DNA from: a phage
Sequence record: PZ534534.1
Reading direction: 5' to 3' (one strand)
Length of the DNA stretch: 64,000 nucleotides
The position numbers were made by a program, and so were the translations under genes. This document shows positions 10,121 through 19,370 of this stretch, piece after piece (position 1 is the first letter of the stretch; each line of letters starts with the position of its first letter). The notes below the pieces were generated by a model that ran no database searches, was not told where the DNA came from, and saw only the letters and a list, made by a program, of their open reading frames with translations.

Positions 10121-10651
10121 TTATTCAAACTGTAATAGCAAGTCCACTACCGCGCTAGGTCTGTCAACAAATTCCCCAGGTCCACATGCCCACAGAGGGT
10201 ATCCGTCTACATACCGCCAAATCCAACCTGCGGTGTGGAGTTCGAGCAGGGCAGTGCCGTCCTTACTGTCAACCACTCTTTCCCACAGTGTCGGGCAGCG
10301 AAGCTTGAGGACCGGATCACCTCCCTTATACCCGTCCATGTAGATACCCATTGCAAAGTTCAGCATCATCTTTTTGTGCACTGATCTCTTACTGAGGGTG
10401 CTCATCACTTCCTCTTTGTGAATGTTTGTAAGCTTCTCTTTGGCTACCCGCAGATCGTTGCAACCATTGTTCAGCAGATCTTCCAGACACTTGATCCGAA
10501 GGTCGTGAATGTCTTTGTCGTGTACCGTTGGCACAGGGTCGTAGCGGTATAGCACTGTTGATACAAGGTTGCTCGGGTGTGGGTCTGACAGCAACCCATA
10601 CCCAATGTCTCTGTCAAGCTTTCCTGTGTTGTAAGCCACATTGACCGCCAT
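10121..10651 (-). CDS. hypothetical protein (176 aa)
   Basis: ORF in minus-strand array; no motif recognised. Confidence 0.5.
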   Translation of the reverse strand: MAVNVAYNTGKLDRDIGYGLLSDPHPSNLVSTVLYRYDPVPTVHDKDIHDLRIKCLEDLLNNGCNDLRVAKEKLTNIHKEEVMSTLSKRSVHKKMMLNFAMGIYMDGYKGGDPVLKLRCPTLWERVVDSKDGTALLELHTAGWIWRYVDGYPLWACGPGEFVDRPSAVVDLLLQFE

Positions 10652-10653
10652 GA

Positions 10654-10899
10654 CTATAGCTCCACTAGCAAAGTGCTTTCAAAGTGCCGTTCATGCAGAC
10701 CGTTGTAAGGGACCACTTCCACAACACCATCACGGACATACGGGGCCATCATAGTGGTATAATCTCCAAACGGGTTGGTATTGTCACTAACCACAACCAC
10801 CTTCTGCCCTTCCTTGGCAGAGTGCCAAATAGATCTGCACTTCATCAGGTGTTCTAGAGCTCCAGGTAAAATTTTGTTACGTTCTTTACGGGTCTTCAT
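10654..10899 (-). CDS. hypothetical protein (81 aa)
   Basis: ORF, 2-nt spacing to next gene. Confidence 0.45.
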   Translation of the reverse strand: MKTRKERNKILPGALEHLMKCRSIWHSAKEGQKVVVVSDNTNPFGDYTTMMAPYVRDGVVEVVPYNGLHERHFESTLLVEL

Positions 10900-11345
10900 A
10901 ACAGGTATAGCTCCTTATGAAAGTGGTCTTTTAATTTCTCACTGAGAAACTTCTTGATACCTTCCTCTAAAGTGTTTTCGATGTAGTCCAGCTTAACTGC
11001 TTCGATGGACATATCATAGATTGCCAGCTCTAAGCTGTCAAGTCCCATCATAGCATGAACCATAAGATTTTCATCTTCAGATACATTCAGGGGACTTCCT
11101 ATAACATCTGTAGGTAGGATAGTTTCCCAATTATTCTGAGCGGTAGTTCTCCCGCCATCTACTTTACGGCGCAGTTCGAATGTGTTCTTAGTGTAGAACA
11201 CTTCATAAGAAACGATACGACTGTCACTCTCATAATAGACGAAGTTCAGGTAGGATCCTAGCCGCAGTCGGCAAACTTCCACCCCAAACCATTGTTTCTT
11301 ATAAGAATTCAGGCTAATGCTGTCGCATTCACGTTTGCTCAACAC
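10896..11345 (-). CDS. hypothetical protein (149 aa)
   Basis: ORF overlapping downstream gene by 4 nt. Confidence 0.5.
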   Translation of the reverse strand: MLSKRECDSISLNSYKKQWFGVEVCRLRLGSYLNFVYYESDSRIVSYEVFYTKNTFELRRKVDGGRTTAQNNWETILPTDVIGSPLNVSEDENLMVHAMMGLDSLELAIYDMSIEAVKLDYIENTLEEGIKKFLSEKLKDHFHKELYLL

Positions 11346-11361
11346 GGTTATCTCCTTTTTG

Positions 11362-11595
11362 TTAATCTTCGTAAATCAGGATTTCTGCTTTAGGTTTTCG
11401 TGCTTTCAGGTCCAGCTCTATCCAGTGCACCATAGCTGTTTCAAGAAAAACAGCCTGTATGCATCCGTCTTCAGCGTGCCCTACCAGCATAACAAGATCT
11501 TCACCTTCATCATCTGCATCACGAACATACAAAATCTCTCCAGATTCAAAGTCTTTCACAACCTGATTGCTGGATAATTTACGAATTTTTGCCAT
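11362..11595 (-). CDS. hypothetical protein (77 aa)
   Basis: ORF in array. Confidence 0.45.
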   Translation of the reverse strand: MAKIRKLSSNQVVKDFESGEILYVRDADDEGEDLVMLVGHAEDGCIQAVFLETAMVHWIELDLKARKPKAEILIYED

Positions 11596-11596
11596 A

Positions 11597-11860
11597 TCAG
11601 AAACCCTCTAAAAAGCTCTTGTAGAAAATAATCTCAGTATCCACACCAGTCACAATCTTGTCGTTCCTGATTTCATCTGTAAGATAGGTGTCAAAACGCA
11701 GCACCTGTGTGGTATTGTCACACATCCACTCGGCTGTGACCATGGCAAAAATCTTAGCATCTTCATTATCCGGTGTGAATGTTACCACCTCACCGCATTT
11801 AAACTTTTCGATAGGTTGCGTGTTAGCTTTTGGTTCTGCAATAGTGATTTTTGTAGTCAT
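11597..11860 (-). CDS. hypothetical protein (87 aa)
   Basis: ORF in array. Confidence 0.45.
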   Translation of the reverse strand: MTTKITIAEPKANTQPIEKFKCGEVVTFTPDNEDAKIFAMVTAEWMCDNTTQVLRFDTYLTDEIRNDKIVTGVDTEIIFYKSFLEGF

Positions 11861-12126
11861 TACTCTTCCTTCATAGTTTCACCAAATACTTCGATACGAG
11901 CGTCAAGCTCTGTTGCTTTCAGCTCCCCAACAAAATCTTTCAGTTCTTTCTCGTCAAGATCGTATGCCCACACACAAGATGAGCATGCAGATTTCACGAT
12001 TAGCAGTGTAGATACACGGCCTGACTCTGTAATCATGCTCACAATGGTTCCTACAGGGAACGTGTTGATAGCTTTTTTAACTGGGCGTTCAGCTTTAATT
12101 ACTACCTCTGTTGCCATAAATACCAT
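11860..12126 (-). CDS. hypothetical protein (88 aa)
   Basis: ORF in array. Confidence 0.45.
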   Translation of the reverse strand: MVFMATEVVIKAERPVKKAINTFPVGTIVSMITESGRVSTLLIVKSACSSCVWAYDLDEKELKDFVGELKATELDARIEVFGETMKEE

Positions 12127-12132
12127 CCTCTC

Positions 12133-13614
12133 TTACTTAGCGTACTCGATTAATTCCACAGTTTTCCCAAAGCTCGGGATATAATTTTTATTATACCCTT
12201 CGGTGAGAACCCATAAAGTATCGTACTTTTTCCACTTGTTGTCAACAGCCTTTTGTTCAAAGTTATGCTCAAAGTAGAGGTCGGTAAGGACGATGACATC
12301 TTTTGCATTCGGTATGTTAGCATCCAGATACTCGAACACGCAGGCGGCTGTTGTGCCCCATGTTGAGTGGACCTCATAGTTAATCATCTCATCGATGTTA
12401 CCGCGAGTGTATACTTTAACCTCTCCAACCTCCGTTGACCAACAGAACATAGTAACCTTAAACTCTTTATACAAATTGCACAACCCGGTGATCTCATTGA
12501 ACATTTTCTTTAAAGTTCTTTGTGAGATCGACCCAGAAACGTCTAAAGCCACTACAATATCTATAGTGTTTTCCGGATTACGACCAGGAACAATAACGTG
12601 TTGATTCTTGTTTATAGCTCCAACTTTTCGCATTGTGGTGGTCAAAGACCCAGATCGGCGACCAGGTTTTCTGTAGGTTAACTCAGCCTTTCTTTTAGAT
12701 AACATACGTTGCTTAATAATATCTATATAATTGATTACAGGCTTGCCTCTGTTTTTGACAAACTCGCGCACCGCCTCGGGGCAACGACCTCCTGAAGCTT
12801 GCATTGCTGCTTCCAACATGTCACCAGAGTCCTGCATGGCCTGATCTTTGTCAGATTGACTGATTACTGGTTGCGGCTGATCATACCCCATAGCCTTTCC
12901 AAGATCATCACTAGTGCCACCGTTCCCGCTCATGTGATCATCGGTTTGTCGTTTATCTCCTTGGGAGTTCTCACCTTTACCGTTCTTACTTTTACCGCCA
13001 TTCTGATCTCTTTGTTTATCAAGAACTGCATAGACGTTCTCAGCAATCCATCCATGAAACCTCATGTCGCAGTAGCAATTAGCTAAGAAGCCAAAAGGCT
13101 TACCTTTTACGAACTCAGTGCTTTTCCCCTTCGGGAAGAAAACACAAGGAGGCTTGCTAAAGTCAACCACAAGACCTGTGTTGATAACGTGATCACAAGC
13201 AATATTGAACAGTTCCGGCTCAAAGCTTTTACCACGGACCAGATGATCACAGATAATATGCCCCACCTCATGTGACAGAAGAAAGGCCACCTCTTTCACA
13301 GATTTTGGGGAATAGAAAACCTCAGCCATCTCAAACTGCTTGTCAGTCAGAGATGCTTTAAGAATGGTTTTACGCTCATCCGCCAACCCCATAATGAACT
13401 CAGGGCTGTAGTAGATGCGTTTATGGTCGGTTGCCATGGTGGAGCACCATGTGTGGTTTTCTACGAACTGCAACCCTGACAGTAGTGTGCCATAAAACGG
13501 CAGCTTTTCAAGGAGATACATACGTGCAGCCTGCAACATTCTCAGGGCATCATCTTTCTGCGAGGCAATGATTTCTGAACTTCTGCTATCCATTAAAACT
13601 CCAGAAGGGGCCAT
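12133..13614 (-). CDS. vWA-domain protein with N-terminal HExxH metallopeptidase-like domain
   Basis: HExxH motif LLSHEVGHIICDH in N-terminal half; vWA MIDAS motif VALDVSGSIS (DxSxS) in C-terminal half. Architecture resembles metallopeptidase-vWA partners of MoxR ATPases (established family knowledge). Confidence 0.65.
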   Translation of the reverse strand: MAPSGVLMDSRSSEIIASQKDDALRMLQAARMYLLEKLPFYGTLLSGLQFVENHTWCSTMATDHKRIYYSPEFIMGLADERKTILKASLTDKQFEMAEVFYSPKSVKEVAFLLSHEVGHIICDHLVRGKSFEPELFNIACDHVINTGLVVDFSKPPCVFFPKGKSTEFVKGKPFGFLANCYCDMRFHGWIAENVYAVLDKQRDQNGGKSKNGKGENSQGDKRQTDDHMSGNGGTSDDLGKAMGYDQPQPVISQSDKDQAMQDSGDMLEAAMQASGGRCPEAVREFVKNRGKPVINYIDIIKQRMLSKRKAELTYRKPGRRSGSLTTTMRKVGAINKNQHVIVPGRNPENTIDIVVALDVSGSISQRTLKKMFNEITGLCNLYKEFKVTMFCWSTEVGEVKVYTRGNIDEMINYEVHSTWGTTAACVFEYLDANIPNAKDVIVLTDLYFEHNFEQKAVDNKWKKYDTLWVLTEGYNKNYIPSFGKTVELIEYAK

Positions 13615-13626
13615 TGGCCCCTGTCA

Positions 13627-14670
13627 TTATTTAACGTGTTTGAAAATACCTGCCAACTCGGTCATTGTCATGCGGGTGGTCTTCATAAGATCTGTCATAG
13701 CTTTCTCCATAATTGGAGATACTACCATAAAGTTTCCTTTAGTGAAACCTTTATTCCAGTCGGTCACCAACAGGGGTTTAAGTCCAGCTCCAAGACGTTC
13801 ACCAGTTAAAGCACAGCATTTGCGAATATACGAACTCTTAAATTGGCTGAATGACAGATCAACTTTCATACCTACATCGTAGAACGTTTGACAATAGAAA
13901 GTGTAAGCTTTGGCAATCTCAACATCATCAGGTAGTGCAGGAACCTCTTCTGTAAGCTCCTCTTCGACCTCCTGAGTCTCTTTTTCCTCTTCATGCACCT
14001 GTTGCGTCATTTCTTCAATCTCTTCTGTGATAGGCTCGTTTACAATGTCGGAAATGTGCTTCTTGGGTGCACGATAAGTAACTTTAGACATCGGTAGCAT
14101 ATCTTCCTCCTCTTCTTCGTCAAAGAGTGCTAGTTTATCCTCTTCCGTTCCATATTGCAAGATGAAATCTTCAAAAGTATAATCACCTTTCAATTTCTCC
14201 ATACGCTCTTCGCTCAGGTGGAGCATCATCTGCTGGACAATTTTTCGATCAGTTTCGTCTTTAATCAAGACTGCAGTCTTTTTATCTACCAGACAGTCCT
14301 TTAGAGAGTTGCATCTCAATCCCACCACACAACAGTTATCAGCCGCATAAGGACCTTCATCATCTATCCGCTCCAGAGATGGGTAGAAAGGATTCCCCAG
14401 CCCGTTTTCATCTGTGTGCATGTCAAAAGGTATAAGGGTATAGTCGCATACTCCATCTCCTAAAAGTTTTTTACCAAATAGGAGGTATTCTTCCCATGAC
14501 AGGTCGAACTCTATATCTCGTTTCCGTGCGTTATTCTGTTTGCGTCTATATTTTTTGAGCAAGCGCTCTAACTCTTCTGGTGTATAATATTTTTCAAGAT
14601 TCATGAGTCGTCTCTCGTGCTCTGTAAGTGAAGAAATCGTATCAATTGTCTCAACAGATGTCAACATCAA
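13627..14670 (-). CDS. putative His-Me finger (HNH-like) endonuclease-domain protein with acidic C-terminal extension
   Basis: N-terminal region ...GDGVCDYTLIPF...SLERIDDEGPYAADNCCVVGLRCNSLKD resembles the DRID-type HNH pattern; Glu-rich middle; internal ATG preceded by GAGGAGG lies in a 29-bp inverted repeat shared with gene 15935..16291. Confidence 0.4.
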   Translation of the reverse strand: MMLTSVETIDTISSLTEHERRLMNLEKYYTPEELERLLKKYRRKQNNARKRDIEFDLSWEEYLLFGKKLLGDGVCDYTLIPFDMHTDENGLGNPFYPSLERIDDEGPYAADNCCVVGLRCNSLKDCLVDKKTAVLIKDETDRKIVQQMMLHLSEERMEKLKGDYTFEDFILQYGTEEDKLALFDEEEEEDMLPMSKVTYRAPKKHISDIVNEPITEEIEEMTQQVHEEEKETQEVEEELTEEVPALPDDVEIAKAYTFYCQTFYDVGMKVDLSFSQFKSSYIRKCCALTGERLGAGLKPLLVTDWNKGFTKGNFMVVSPIMEKAMTDLMKTTRMTMTELAGIFKHVK

Positions 14671-14677
14671 AAACGTG

Positions 14678-14706
14678 TTGACTTTACTCTAACTCCACAA
14701 TATAGT
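14678..14706 (+). promoter_or_regulatory. sigma70-type promoter (TTGACT-17-TATAGT)
   Basis: Read directly in divergent intergenic region upstream of 14747 gene. Confidence 0.55.
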
Positions 14707-14746
14707 GCACCCATTCGAAAGAAAACTAACATAGGAGCACTTACTT

Positions 14747-15646
14747 ATGGCAAATCTTAACAGTTTTAGTACGCGGTGGAAACAGGACATAACAACCAAT
14801 CTTTCAGCTGGGGACATCCTTTCTGCAATTTACGAGGCTTTAGATGATAAAGCTACTTCAAAAGCGGTTTGTACCAACCCATTAATTCCTATAGTGATGA
14901 AGGTTATTGAGCGTAGATTGGTATCTGGGTCTGATAAGTGGACATATTTAGATAATGAAGGACACACCTATTCCAATGGGTATGTCGATATAAAAGTAGA
15001 ATACGCGGTATCATACCGCCGGAGCGGTTCTGTAACTTTCAACTTCTCTGGAGGTTTTCGATCTCTGGCTACCTCACCTTTTGTTTCCTCAGAGGAGAAG
15101 TATGAGCTGCCATTTCTTTGGATGATGGCTAACGCGACAGGAAAAACCCCCGTTAGCATCCGAGTAAAATACAACTACAACGGATCTAGTAAGATCTATG
15201 CCGAAAGTGTCTCAGCAAGTTTTTATTTTGTGATGGGGGATGGAATCCTCAAACATATAAAGATGTGCGATATGCATGATGTTATAAATGAAGTGACTGA
15301 TAAGAATGTTCTAGTGAAAGACCTCAACAATTTTTATACACCTGGAGACTATTACGTCAGCCGTCCGCTGTGCATCTTTAATGCCGCACACCCTCTAGGT
15401 GAGTATTTGATCGCCAATAGCGATATTGCCAATAACCGCTTCGAGGTAGCAAGAGTTCAGAATGAGGTATTGACATCTTGCAAGAGCGGTGATAAGTTTA
15501 CCGAAGAAGAGATGGGTGTTTTAGAAATGATGGGATATAAGTGTAGCCTTTGGGTAGATGAGGTGTTTAATGATTGCATCTATGGACAGGATATTTACCC
15601 ATTAAAGAAGTATACTGATACAAGTTTAATTTATGCGAGGGTTTGA
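14747..15646 (+). CDS. hypothetical protein (299 aa)
   Basis: ORF with GGAG RBS; first gene of long plus-strand block. Confidence 0.6.
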   Translation: MANLNSFSTRWKQDITTNLSAGDILSAIYEALDDKATSKAVCTNPLIPIVMKVIERRLVSGSDKWTYLDNEGHTYSNGYVDIKVEYAVSYRRSGSVTFNFSGGFRSLATSPFVSSEEKYELPFLWMMANATGKTPVSIRVKYNYNGSSKIYAESVSASFYFVMGDGILKHIKMCDMHDVINEVTDKNVLVKDLNNFYTPGDYYVSRPLCIFNAAHPLGEYLIANSDIANNRFEVARVQNEVLTSCKSGDKFTEEEMGVLEMMGYKCSLWVDEVFNDCIYGQDIYPLKKYTDTSLIYARV

Positions 15647-15921
15647 CTATGATGAAGGCATGTGGTAATGTATATTACGTCGGTGAACATGTTCAGGCAG
15701 ACAGTGTGTGGAAATCTATTAAGTCCACCACTGACGATGCCTTTCTGAGTGGACTATGTTTCCCCAATCCGGGAGACATCCTCCCTCATCCTGGAGATTT
15801 TGTTGTCAACAAGATGGACGGTTATACCGTGTGCCTGATGGTTGAAAAAATCTTTTTAGACACTAGACACAATCACCGTCTTGTGTTAAAATTTCAAGAA
15901 TGTAAAATGACAATTGCCTAA
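15643..15921 (+). CDS. hypothetical protein (92 aa)
   Basis: ORF overlapping upstream stop by 4 nt. Confidence 0.5.
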   Translation: MTMMKACGNVYYVGEHVQADSVWKSIKSTTDDAFLSGLCFPNPGDILPHPGDFVVNKMDGYTVCLMVEKIFLDTRHNHRLVLKFQECKMTIA

Positions 15922-15934
15922 GGAGACCTTACCG

Positions 15935-16291
15935 ATGTCTAAAGTTACTTATCGTGCAGCTATTTACTGCAATGAACACCCAATCAATAATGATGGTCAC
16001 TGCCTTTTTAAAGAAAATCAATTGGGCTGTATTGTCCTCCCTGATGAAGGGGAAGGTTATCTGATTGCATTGACAGGGTTTGAACCTAAGGCTCTGGAAG
16101 CCAATCTGGACTACCTGGTAGAAGAGGGTGCTGCAGACCTGGTTGCCAATGGCCTCTCCATAAGCCTTGACGAAGTAGAGCGCTTCATGGGCAATTACCG
16201 TGTAGTGCGTGAGTTTACTATCGAGGTGGAAACTCCCGAGTGGGGTAGCCATGAAACTAATGCCGAAGAAAAAGAAGAGGAGGTAGAATAA
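15935..16291 (+). CDS. hypothetical acidic protein (118 aa)
   Basis: ATG with AGGAGA RBS 8 nt upstream (track start 15914 is TTG in same frame); N-terminus MSKVTYRA lies in 29-bp inverted repeat. Confidence 0.5.
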   Translation: MSKVTYRAAIYCNEHPINNDGHCLFKENQLGCIVLPDEGEGYLIALTGFEPKALEANLDYLVEEGAADLVANGLSISLDEVERFMGNYRVVREFTIEVETPEWGSHETNAEEKEEEVE

Positions 16292-16548
16292 TGAAAGTGC
16301 AGATCTTGACTAATGCCGAGAAGATGTTTATTGAAGATACACCTTTTGAAGCTGGTGAGCTACAGTTCGTTTATTTTGTTGACTTAGATAAGGTGTTTCC
16401 TGCACTGAATCTAGGTTTGGATGAAGTTCCTCATAAGGTTTTGTGCCAAGTTGTTCGTGCCTTAGCGGCAGAGGGGGAGTTCCACACCCTTCAAGATGTC
16501 CAGACCTACGGGTATCTTGAACTACAACGAGAAGAAGAGGTGGACTGA
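16291..16548 (+). CDS. hypothetical protein (85 aa)
   Basis: ORF; ATGA overlap with upstream gene. Confidence 0.5.
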   Translation: MKVQILTNAEKMFIEDTPFEAGELQFVYFVDLDKVFPALNLGLDEVPHKVLCQVVRALAAEGEFHTLQDVQTYGYLELQREEEVD

Positions 16549-16550
16549 TA

Positions 16551-16931
16551 ATGGCTCAGTGGAAGACAACAGTTGACCTTCATGATCAGTGGTTAGGACG
16601 CATCACTGAAGACGGGAAGCTAGTGGAGTGGGACAATAAGCATGTTAGCGAGTTGGCAAGTATTGTGGCTGGCAAGTTACGCTCCAAGTTCCCTGAACAA
16701 CTGGATCCTGATAGTTCAAAGTTCGATCCTGAGTTAGAGGATGTTGTATACTACTTCGACACCGTTGATGACTACGACGCGTGGTTTGCAGCACGGGAGC
16801 TTTACCCACAAGGCTCTGCTATGCGCCAGATGGAAGAAGATTATCCTCCGTGTGAGCAATTCAATAGTGCAATGACTTGCCTCTATGATTGGGCAGATAA
16901 GAACCTTGTCTGGATTCGGACTGCATTTTAG
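16551..16931 (+). CDS. hypothetical protein (126 aa)
   Basis: ORF in array. Confidence 0.5.
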   Translation: MAQWKTTVDLHDQWLGRITEDGKLVEWDNKHVSELASIVAGKLRSKFPEQLDPDSSKFDPELEDVVYYFDTVDDYDAWFAARELYPQGSAMRQMEEDYPPCEQFNSAMTCLYDWADKNLVWIRTAF

Positions 16932-16975
16932 TGGGCAGGAATGGCGGCAAGGATGCTGCTTAAGGAGTAGTAGAG

Positions 16976-17245
16976 ATGTTATACCAGCAATATGAACTTC
17001 GTGCAGAAAAAGAGTTAAATTTTGACAAAGATATTCACAGATATTATTATGGGAAAGTTAGAGGGCAAGCAAGAAAGTGTACTCCAACACTCTTTTATGC
17101 CAGCAGACGACTAGCGCCAGAAGAGGCAACAGCAGAAAGGGTTGCGTACAACTGGAGAGTCACGTATGATATTGACAGATTCGATGTGATATCTGTTTTG
17201 GAAAACTTTGAAAACACTTACACACAAGTAGAGGACTTTTACTAA
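16976..17245 (+). CDS. hypothetical protein (89 aa)
   Basis: ORF; stop overlaps start of next gene. Confidence 0.5.
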   Translation: MLYQQYELRAEKELNFDKDIHRYYYGKVRGQARKCTPTLFYASRRLAPEEATAERVAYNWRVTYDIDRFDVISVLENFENTYTQVEDFY

Positions 17246-18429
17246 TGTCAAGAAACGTATTCGAAAGTGGTCAAATCACTGTCCGTGAGTTGCCAGCTAT
17301 TATTCAGTTTGCCCAACGTCATAGCCGATCTGTCCTAATTTTGGGACCAATGGGTGTGGGTAAAAGCCAGGTGATGAAGCAGATCGCTGATAATATGTTC
17401 GGTGAGCGAGATGACAACCTTGTTGACGTGCGACTGTCAGATAAAGATCCTGCCGACTTATCTGGGCTACCTATCCCTGTAGAAGCGGATGGAACTACAC
17501 GTACAGTGTTTGCAATTCCAGAATTTTGGCCTGCGGATCCTGACTGGAGCGGAATTATCTTTCTGGATGAGCTCACTCATGCAGATAACTACCTGCAAAA
17601 GGTTGCAATGCAAATTATGCTTGACCACAAGTGCGGCACCTATGCATTCCCTAAAGGTTCTGTTTTTGTGGCTGCGGGTAACCGTTCTACAGATGGTGCG
17701 GTTCTTTCGGCGCTCGAAGCCCCTCTGGCTAACCGTTTTATCATTGTAGAGGTTACAAGCAATGCAGAGGTGTTTATTGAGGACTACGCATTCCTCAACG
17801 GGGTTCACTCCTCTGTAATTGGGTATCTGAAAAGAGTTCCATCAGCTATTGATAATTATGAGGCTATGGCTGAGATTAATTGTCCATCTTTTGCCACACC
17901 ACGATCTTGGGTTGCTGCATCTGACATCTTGCACGATTTTGACAGCGGTATTATTTCTGACGCTATGGCCCGTGTTCTTCTACAAGGTGCTATTGGTCAC
18001 ACTGCAGCGGTAGAGATCTGGACTTACCACACCAAGAAACGTAATTTACCGGAAATCGGTCGGATTATGGCAGGTGGCTGCAAAGAATACGTAGGTCCTA
18101 AGCAGCCAGACATTTTGTGGATTCTTGGATCTGAAGGTTGTATCGCTATTCGCAATATGATGGAAAATGCAAGTATCTCAGACGAAGATCTTGTCAGCTG
18201 CGTGGCAAACTTCCTCGATTTCCTTTGGGAAAACTTCAAGGACGAGAACCGAGATTTTGTATTCTCAGTCTTTATGGCGATGATGAAACCTAATGCCTTA
18301 GGAAATGCCTTGCTTATCGGTAAAGGGCGTGACAAGATTGTTGCTCAGCTGATCAAAGCATACCCAAACCTGATGAAGATTGTAAAAGAGTTTGGTGAAG
18401 AGTTTAGCGCCATTTTGGCTAAAGCTTAA
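17245..18429 (+). CDS. MoxR-like AAA+ ATPase (AAA_5 type)
   Basis: Walker A LILGPMGVGKSQ and Walker B IIFLDELTHAD, then FVAAGNRSTDG arrangement typical of MoxR/CbbQ-type ATPases. Functional partner of vWA protein is inference. Confidence 0.65.
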   Translation: MSRNVFESGQITVRELPAIIQFAQRHSRSVLILGPMGVGKSQVMKQIADNMFGERDDNLVDVRLSDKDPADLSGLPIPVEADGTTRTVFAIPEFWPADPDWSGIIFLDELTHADNYLQKVAMQIMLDHKCGTYAFPKGSVFVAAGNRSTDGAVLSALEAPLANRFIIVEVTSNAEVFIEDYAFLNGVHSSVIGYLKRVPSAIDNYEAMAEINCPSFATPRSWVAASDILHDFDSGIISDAMARVLLQGAIGHTAAVEIWTYHTKKRNLPEIGRIMAGGCKEYVGPKQPDILWILGSEGCIAIRNMMENASISDEDLVSCVANFLDFLWENFKDENRDFVFSVFMAMMKPNALGNALLIGKGRDKIVAQLIKAYPNLMKIVKEFGEEFSAILAKA

Positions 18430-18439
18430 GGGGGGTTGT

Positions 18440-18820
18440 ATGGCTAAAGTAGGTAAGCGGGGAAACTACCTGGTGGTATTGACCGAGGAGCCGGAGAAGG
18501 AGTACGAATGCAGCTCCACTTGCGTGATCGATATCCGAGAAAAAGATGTAGATGAAGTCTGGTTTAAAATATTGGACGCTTGCGATAGCAGTGATTATTT
18601 CTTCATTTATGTCAACGATAAGGCTGGATTCTTCCATGACGACGGAGAGTTGCCGTATGAAATCTATGAACTTGTAGAGGCTTGCCATCGTGGAGATGCG
18701 GAGTTGTTTGGCCTACGGCTGAAAAGCGGTAAATTCTTCTATCAAGATGAGTGCATGAATCTTCATAACTTTGTAGAGGGAACTTGCAACGATGGAGAGA
18801 TTTTGGCACACTACGATTAA
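18440..18820 (+). CDS. hypothetical protein (126 aa)
   Basis: ATG with GGGGGG RBS (track start 18392 overlaps previous gene). Confidence 0.5.
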   Translation: MAKVGKRGNYLVVLTEEPEKEYECSSTCVIDIREKDVDEVWFKILDACDSSDYFFIYVNDKAGFFHDDGELPYEIYELVEACHRGDAELFGLRLKSGKFFYQDECMNLHNFVEGTCNDGEILAHYD

Positions 18821-18828
18821 TTTCTAAG

Positions 18829-18860
18829 ACCTCCCCCGCTTCGGCGGGGATTTTCTATTT
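18829..18860 (+). terminator. rho-independent terminator (UUCG tetraloop)
   Basis: CCCCGC-TTCG-GCGGGG hairpin followed by ATTTTCTATTT. Confidence 0.7.
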
Positions 18861-18869
18861 GGAGTCATT

Positions 18870-19370
18870 GTGAAAATTAAGATCTTTGCTATTATTTTGA
18901 GCGCACTTTTATCGCTGCCTGTTGTTGCAGCACCAAAACAAAAAGTATATCATACTTGCAAGCCATCAGATACTAAGGAAAACATTCTGGCATGCAATAT
19001 CTACAGGGAAGCTAGAGGAGATGGCACGATGGGTATGCTGGCATCTGGGTTTGCCACACTAAACAGGAAATCCCACCCTAAATACCCAGACACTATAAGA
19101 AAGATTGTCTACCAACCTAACCAGTTTTCGTGGACAAACCACGGCAAAACTTTTAAGGTGACAGAAAAAGATTCATGGGATCACGCTAAAAGTCTTGCAA
19201 AGATGCTTCTAAAGGTCTATAATAACAACCATGTTGCATACATGGCTATGGACATAACAGGTGGAGCAACACACTACCATACAACCAAAGTACGACCGAA
19301 ATGGGCAAAAAAGATGCAGAGGACAGCTCAATTCGGGAGCCATATCTACTACAAGGAGCGCAATAAATGA
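18870..19370 (+). CDS. secreted SleB-type cell-wall hydrolase (Hydrolase_2 family), candidate lysis enzyme
   Basis: GTG start after GGAG RBS; N-terminal signal peptide MKIKIFAIILSALLSLPVVAAP; EARGDG...LNRK...YPDTI...VYQPNQFSW matches conserved core of SleB-type hydrolases. Confidence 0.65.
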   Translation: MKIKIFAIILSALLSLPVVAAPKQKVYHTCKPSDTKENILACNIYREARGDGTMGMLASGFATLNRKSHPKYPDTIRKIVYQPNQFSWTNHGKTFKVTEKDSWDHAKSLAKMLLKVYNNNHVAYMAMDITGGATHYHTTKVRPKWAKKMQRTAQFGSHIYYKERNK

